A DNA stretch of 64,000 bases from Trichoplax adhaerens. Lineage: Eukaryota > Animalia > Placozoa. Position 1 is the first letter of the stretch. Each line of letters begins with the position of its first letter. The notes beneath the pieces are model-generated. The model saw only the letters and a program-made list of their open reading frames with translations. It did not search any database and had not been told where the DNA came from. Positions 55,901-64,000 of this stretch are shown here, piece by piece. The position numbers and the translations under genes were made by a program. Where the stretch lies: NCBI RefSeq assembly GCF_000150275.1, contig NW_002060944.1, forward strand, positions 2,270,152 through 2,334,151. Direction: 5' to 3'.

Positions 55901-58900
55901 TGGGGCGTCAAATACCAATACGAAATTTAATGGTACTGGTTTTACGACAGCATCCTTTACTGTTGAGGATGAAACAGATATAGTCGAAATGAGAAACAGA
56001 GATGAAAAATCTGTGATGCGTCGTGGTAGCTAACAAATTCTGTACAGTTAAGAGACTGCTAAGGACCTATTACATTGCTCTCATTATTTCTCTCTTAAAT
56101 TATGTAGAGAATGAAGCAATACCCCATTACTTGACGACTGCAACAAATAATACGGTATGTATTTATAAATCATTTTTTAAGATGTAAATTATAATTATCG
56201 TACAATACAAGATCGTGACCATTTAATACGATCTATTTAATATTGAAAATATGAAGGACAGTTCACACACTGTATCAGATACTGGAAATTGGACTATGGA
56301 AAATTCTCGCCCGAAACTTAATATATATTTACAAAAGAATAAGTTACCTCTTAATTTCGATTACACTTCGAATGGACCAGATCATTTAAGGTTTGTTCTA
56401 AGCTATTGTATACCTTATTTCAAATTCTTGTTTCGATAATTTACAATATCCTATTCAATTGTTTTACTGTAGAACATATACTGCGTCGATGACGATTACC
56501 ATTAAACACTTAGGCAAAGGTACTAGATATTAATTAGGCAAGGATAATGGTACAGAGAATATATTTCAATTTAAATTGGCAACATTTAATTCGACAATTT
56601 TTAGTAATTACTGGATCTGGCTCTGGACCTACCAAGAAGCAAGCAAATCGCATGTGTTCTCTCTCATTAGTTGGACAATTATATCGACTTGGAGAGATAG
56701 AGGCTTATTTTTCCGAATTAACTGATACGACGAAGAAAGAAGAACAAGTAAACTCCTTGAAATTACTGCCTAAAATTTAGGCAACGTCATCAAGACTCAT
56801 ATAAATATTTCTTCTTACTTTATCAGAATGCGGGACCTTTCGATTTTAGAGTCTCAGATAGCATTTTGTCTTCTTTAAGAAATATTACAACTCTATTTGA
56901 ATTTTGCCCTCAGGTTAGTTAATCATCAATTTAATTAAAAAGAACATCTCTTTTCTGAATTAGTTTAACAATATCTAAATTATTAAATATTAGGAAAATA
57001 ATAAACCTTCCGAAAGTACGTTATTTGAATCTCCCCGCCAATTCAAAGTCGGCCAGAACGACTGTGGTACGGATAGTGTTATAACTTGGCGATCGCCTTC
57101 TGTATCATGGAATCCGTGGACCAATTGTGAAATTTCTATAGTAATTACTTTCAATTTTATTAAGGATTAACATACTTCTAAATACGAGCACGTTTATGTT
57201 AACTTATAGTGTATGGTGCATCTTTATATTATCTATTCTTTACAGAATTCCAATAAGAATACAACAAATAAGCAGTTATTTACTGAACAACAGCGTAAAC
57301 TTAAGTTCGAACCTGCTTTACAGCAGGTAAGCTCTAGCTAACAGACTGATTTTACTCTCTTCACATACATTTGCGGCAACATTACATCCGAAGAATTAAG
57401 ATTAATTTATGAATGGCCTGTTCTAGAGAATCCTAGAACGTCAAAGTCTTCCTATATCAAGATCGGCCGTAAGAATATTGGATGCTATTGACTGTAATCC
57501 AGTAGTAATCATTTGCGGAATGACAGGCTGTGGAAAAACCACGCAGGTATTACGAAAATCTAATCCAAAAGATTAAATGTTTAATAGTAATCAATTAAAA
57601 GACATCAATTTGTTAGGTACCGCAATTCGTTGTTGATGATATGATTGGTCGAGAGCGTGGATCAGATTGTGCTGTTATAGTTACTCAGGTTTTTACTGTT
57701 ATTAAATATTATGTGTTTCCAAGTTGAAGATACAATAAGCTCATACTCTAGTATCGCACTGTAGCCACAACGCATCTGTACGATATCAATCGCTGAAAGG
57801 GTAGCCTATGAAAGATGCGAAGTTTTAGGTGAGAGCGTTGGTTACTGCGTAAAATTTGAGAAGCTGCTACCTAGACCCCACGCTTCGATATTATTTTGCA
57901 CTTCTGGTTGGTAAACAACTTACTGATAAGTTATTATCTATATGCTTGATAAATCTGGTACTTTTATGCTTTTACCATAAATTTATAATTTTTATAATAA
58001 AAGATGTACTACTACGCAGAATGGAATCAGGATTGAGAGGTGTATCACATGTGATTATAGATGAGATCCATGAACGCGACCTTAAGGTTACTATTTTATT
58101 AAGAGATTTTAATATAAGACTTACAGTAAATGTCAACATCTATTATGTGTACTACATTTCAGACTGACGTGTTACTACTGATACTGCGAGACATGATTAG
58201 AACATATCCAACCCTCAAAGTCGTTTTGATGTCTGCTACAGCTGATAATGACGATATATCTAGTTACTTTGGAAAATGTCCTATAATCAACATAACTGAA
58301 AAGTGTTATTCGGTTACAGGTAAACTAAAAAGGTTTATTTAATGGTTTATTGCAGTGATACACAAAATTTTGGATGTGAGCTATGTGATGCTAAATGAAC
58401 AAATTGGTTTTGTTATAGAGTATTTTTTAGAAGACTGTGTAACTCTTATTGAACCTCAGGTTAGTCTACTAGCATAGACTCAGTTTCACAAGTTTTTATC
58501 AATAGCTCGTCTTGATCAATATCATAAAATGACTAATTTTTGAATTTAATATCTTTCAGGCCAATGTTAATGCTGATTCCCCACTATACGAAGCCAGTAG
58601 CAAAGAATTTATTTTAATAGAGGTATTATGTCATTATAGGGTAATGCATTAACTATAAGTACTTCTGTGATCTAAAACCCGCTTTTTTATTTCTAAAAAG
58701 AATTTGCTGTGCTACGTCGTTAATTTAAACGTCTCTGGGAATATTCTAATATTCTTACCTGATTGGAATGCTATTTCTACTCTGTATCACTTGTTAAAGG
58801 ATCACAAATTATTTGGTTTGTCAACTTGCTTTACGATATTAGTTGCAATTAATACATTAATCATAACGATTTAGTGAAATACAAATCAATGAAACGAGTA

Positions 58901-61551
58901 ATGCCTAATACACCTTGTATTAATATTAAGTAGGTACAAACAAATTTCTTCTATTACCTCTCCATTCACAAATCTCTCGAGAAGCACAACGGGATATATT
59001 TAATGTCAATAAAGCAGAAATTACTAAGGTAGTAACAATGATATTTTAGATTTACAATGTTTATGAACTGATCTAATTATGTCGTTTACTTTAGGTTATA
59101 TTATCAACCGATATTGCAGAATCAAGTATAACGATTCGTGATGTGGTATTTGTTATCGACTCGGCGAAGTAATTGCAGCAGATCCTATCGGAAATCATAT
59201 CATATGTAATAAATGCTTCGATTTTTGTCATTGTTTGCGATTTTAGAACCACTATCAAACGCTATTGTGCTCGGGACAATTCGTGTTCGTTCGAGACTAT
59301 ATGGGCTTCTAAATCTGCTCTCAAACAGCGGAGGGGTCGAGCTGGAAGGACTCGACCTGGGTACTGCTTTCATCTTTGCACCACTGATCAATATACCAAG
59401 TAAGGGTTAAACCGACGATATAGCTGATACATGATGTACTATAACTTACAAATTACCGTAATCGCCCTTAGGCTACCACAGTATCTCGTTCCTGAAATAT
59501 TAAGAAGCCCGCTACACGAAGTCATTTTGATATTAAAGCTACTTAGCCTAGGTAATCCTGCTACTATTCTTAAGAGAGCATTACAGCCACCTTCATTAGA
59601 AGCTATCGAAGTTGCGATCTCATTTTTAATTGGTAGGTCTGTCAGGAATTGCGTTAAGCTCAAAAGCCAGTTTTCTAGCGTATTTAAGGGATATTAACTA
59701 AAATCTACATATTATCGAGCAGGAATTGGTGCAATTACCAGAATGATTGAATTTACTGATGTCGGTTTGATCCTTTCTAAATTACCAATCGAACCACGTC
59801 TTGGTAGAATGATTATACTCAGCTGCATATTTAAGTATGAATTGTGCATTGAATCTCATTAAATTTCTTGTAGGAGTAATATCTATATTCACATCAATTG
59901 AAGTTTGTTTTCTAGTTTAATTATATTGTGTAACGATAGTAATATAATACTGAAACTGATTAATTAGATGCGCAAATGCAGCCTGTATTATCGCCGTAGC
60001 TGATAGCTTACCCGAACCGTTTGTTATAAGATCAATTGTTGATGGTCCTACCTATTTGCATAAACAGTTCTCGAGTAAGCGTTATAGCGATCATATCGCG
60101 GTTTTAGGAGCATTCCAGGCATGGCAACGCGCTCGGTTAGTTTTAAACAATTAATTAGCAGATAATTTGAACTGCTTTAATGGAGAAATGTGATTTTTAT
60201 AGGTATTTTTGAACGTATAACATGTTTCGATTGATTCTATTGTTGCAGTAATGCTGGAATTGATAGTGAAGAGAATTTTTGCAAAAATCACGGACTATCC
60301 GTATCAGCTTTACGATTAATTTACGAAGCTAAAGTTAGTTAAATATCTAACTAAGCATGACCACCCAACGTTTTAGATATTGAATTGATGGTTTATTAAA
60401 TACTACTCGTATATAACTCACATCAAATGGCCTTTGTCTATTTAGAATTGGTTAATAGAGTTACTAATTCATACTGGGTTTAGTGAAGGTAAAGAAGAGT
60501 CTTATGCTTATTCCAGACCTTTAGACACCTTAAATGACAAATAAATTGCTATTACAGAATGCTTCTCTAGGAGACGAAATCTCCCTATCATGAATGAAAC
60601 TGATCTAAACAATGTAATAAAGGACGAAGCTAACATTAATTAATGTATAATATTTATTTCTTATAACAACGAACAGGTAACGAGATGTCAATTCTTTCTC
60701 TATTGCAGATATGTGCTCTTCTATGTATTGGCTTTTATCCCAACGTATGTGTTTATAATAAAAACAATAAACTTCGGATGAATAACGAACAGTTTGCCCA
60801 GATACATACATCATCAATTAACTATAATTGCAAATCATTTCCTTATCCTTTCTTTACTTACTCGGAAAAGGTATATGATCTCTGTTCAACTTGACTTTAT
60901 TGATTTGTTGCTTAATAACGTATAGTAATTCGATTAATTAATACGTGCATACAATGACAATTTGTTAGATACATGCAGAAGTTATCTATTTGAAACACTT
61001 GACGGTAATATCACCATTACACCTATTGTTATTTGGATGTCAGAGAATCACGTGGAAAGATGACCTGGTTCTACTTGACGATTGGTACGGATAGATATCT
61101 GGTTGTAGTAAAAAAATATTTTAATATTCATTGAGAGTTACTTTTACAGGATAGCCTTAAGAATGCCTCGAGAAGTTGCATGTATGATTATCTCTATTAG
61201 ACAAATTCTTGAAATGCTAGCAATTCGAACTGCTAGTTCGCCTATGGTCGCCAACCGATTAGAAGATAACTACGAAAGAGCTGTGCAGTTAACCCAGCAA
61301 TTGTTTACAGAAAGTTTTGAACTCCATAGCAATCTGCGATCTATCAGGTATTAGCGGTTTCTGGTAATGGTAGAGATAAAAATAATCTACCTTTCAATTC
61401 ATTTCGACCCAATTTACTCATCTAAAATTCTAGGGGAGTTTATACAGCCATGAACGAAATTGTTACCTTAGAACCTAACACCATTAACAGAACCAGTAAT
61501 TATTCATCATCTTATACCGGTAAAGTTTATTTAAATGCAGAAGATTTATAA
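52997..61551 (+). CDS. DHX9: DExH-box RNA helicase A (DHX9/MLE family), divergent, with three dsRBDs; last exon end tentative
   Basis: N-terminus [11 protein letters not shown], dsRBD2-type [17 protein letters not shown] minimal-transactivation-like motif, [32 protein letters not shown]2 domain [14 protein letters not shown] and RYSDH. Confidence 0.88.
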
Positions 61552-64000
61552 AGTAGATTTAATGATTAAGAGTATCTGCATCAACTCTGAAATTTGTTTT
61601 GCTTGTATCAATTTTATACTTTTATCTGTTTGAAAACTTGTTATATAGATTTTGTTAACTAACTTTAATGTCATAATATCGTACAGTTATCTATGCTAAA
61701 TAATATCCCCCAGGCTTTACAATCGAATAAAATAATTTTTGCTTTGAGTACATGTGCGTCAAAAATTACCGATTTGTTTGTGAGATAATCTTGTAAATTT
61801 TGTCTCATTTCTTATTTTATGATATTCATTACTAGTACAAATTTTATACTCATAGACTAAAATTTAATAAGTAAAATGAAGCAACTTGTTTGATGTAATG
61901 TTGTTAGAAATATTATTTCTTGAAATCAATGAATTCATGTTGTAACAATGCTGTAATACTATAATTTGCACCGTGCAACTGAATTATAGACTATATTACT
62001 AAAGAATCTCACTTGTGATATTTCACGTCAAATATACACAGACAAAATTAGGATTCGAGAGTAAAATGATCATATAATATAAACATATTTCTGCTTGCTA
62101 AATTCGAGTGCACCACAGTAGATTTAAATACCTCGCAAATACATACAAATATTCTTAAATTTACTCTCGGTATTACCTCTCTATTACAGACTTAAAGATT
62201 ATGTACTTGTATACTGGTACTTATGTTACAAGCAATAAACAAGGTTTCTACATAGGTATAAATACGAATGTTGTACCGAATAAACTGATACGCTTTAACA
62301 CTGAAAGGAAACGCTACAGAAGTTCCATACAGGCGAAACTGGTGCACACTAGTGAACGCTTAACTAGGATCTCAAGCAAAATATATTTGCCAATTTACGT
62401 CTGATTCATTCTATTGTGCCTTCCCAATCAATTTATACTATATCTAATCGTGCAGTAGTAGTCTGCTGATTGAGTTATACGTCCGTTGAATTAATTATTC
62501 CTAGTTCCTTATATTGTGCTTCTATATAAAGCTTCTCAAAACTGTGCCAAATAGTAAGCTACCGAATCAGTTTCTGTTCCGTTGTCACTGAATAATAGTC
62601 GATTTATATTTGAAAATTAGTAACGAAAAAATAGTAAATCCATCACCATTTTCACTTATCATGCAAAATTAAATCGCTTATAATTAATTTATAATGGCTA
62701 TTATTGTAAGTATAGATCTAAAAATTAGTATAAATTTAATTAAAACTAATAAAGAAAATTACTTTCCTTAAAATCACCAGTGTAGAGGGTGCTTCTGGTA
62801 ACCGAATTACGTAGTGCTTTATATCGTAATATCATCAGTTCTAAATATTGTTTTCATCGTAGCCATTAGCTCTTATTGTATTTGAGATACTTGACTTCAA
62901 TCTACAGCACCACAGTTACTACTAACGAATCTCACCCATGTGTACTGTAAAATGTAGCTTTTGACACACGCTCTTATAGTGTTTAACAGCACTATAGAGT
63001 AGCTGAAGAGCGCTGTCAGTGATGTCTAGTACTGTATTATCGTATCACGTTGATATTGTTAGTTGAAGAATTCTGGATAGCCGCTTACTGTTACCACAGT
63101 GTTCTCACTTTATACTAAAACGTAAAATGTAAGATGGGTATTTATTTACGCGTAGCCGTTATCAGTACCAATAATGAAATCGGAATTTATAGTTCATTGA
63201 GGTAAATATAAATCAAAGAAATATTGTTACACTATAATTCTTACGTTTCAACTTCCTTAAAACATGCTAAGTAAAATGATATACCGTACAGCGTTGCATC
63301 TCGAGTTAAATAAGTTTTATGTGGTACTAACAAGACCGTAAATTAAAAACAATTAGATGGATTCGTCATTGTACTACTTTTTTGGTATTGGCATGTTTAT
63401 TTTATTTTGAATGAGACTTATTTAGGCGGCAATTAATCAGATATGAAAAATTAACAAATAACTTTAGTCAATTAAGGATAACGTAATTTTCTAAACGATC
63501 TACGGCCACTACAATTGCAATAATAATTAAGACAATATTATAATTAAGTATTATCTAATTAAATTATTACGGCCTCCAAATATCTTTCATAAATAAATAA
63601 GCTATAAGTTATTTACTATTACAGTATCATGAATTTCTTAAGATAACCCTGATACTGTCTATTGATGATAAACTGATTATTGTATAGATAATTAGAAAAA
63701 GCTCATATGAGTATAATCAGGGAACTGCTTAAATTTTATATTAGATCAAGGTAGCCATGGAAAATCTTGAAGGTCTAGGTGATAAACTGAGAATTATAAA
63801 ATGGCTATTACCGCCAATACTATTATCTTTTGATAATTTATTCTTACACCTAAACATGTTCAAAAAAACAGATCTAAACCGACTGTAACACACAAAATAA
63901 ATTATTGGATTGCATAATGAATGACCAAATGCTATCCATAAGCTTACGATTGATAACCAAGGCGGTATCGGAATATTATTAACATGCTCACCAGAAAAAA

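Noticed and set aside
61600-64000. Gene in the final 2.4 kb (ORF 62201-62404, short ORF near 63757)
   Set aside because: No recognisable protein similarity or consistent exon chain.

Overview
AT-rich, gene-dense eukaryotic DNA with short GT-AG introns and an animal gene set. The architecture and gene content fit a placozoan (Trichoplax-like) genome; this is inference, not a database result. Eleven spliced protein-coding genes were reconstructed by reading exons by hand: ABCF1 (+, 5' end probably outside the window), NPDC1/cab-1-like (+), laminin gamma (+), POLR3H (+), MMD/PAQR (-), BABAM1 (+), HSPA5/BiP (-), DCAF10 (-), SET (-), NOXRED1 (+) and a divergent DHX9 (+). The most notable observations are: (1) (TACAG)n/(CTGTA)n palindromic pentamer arrays at the 5' end of every gene start in the window except laminin; (2) a DHX9 with an exon-level duplication giving three dsRBDs and no RGG tail; (3) two ERSE elements in the BiP promoter; (4) most genes have human orthologues in the MHC paralogon; (5) candidate U12-type and GC-AG introns; (6) several unexplained structured non-coding segments. 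No CRISPR array, tRNA, rRNA or autonomous transposon was seen.
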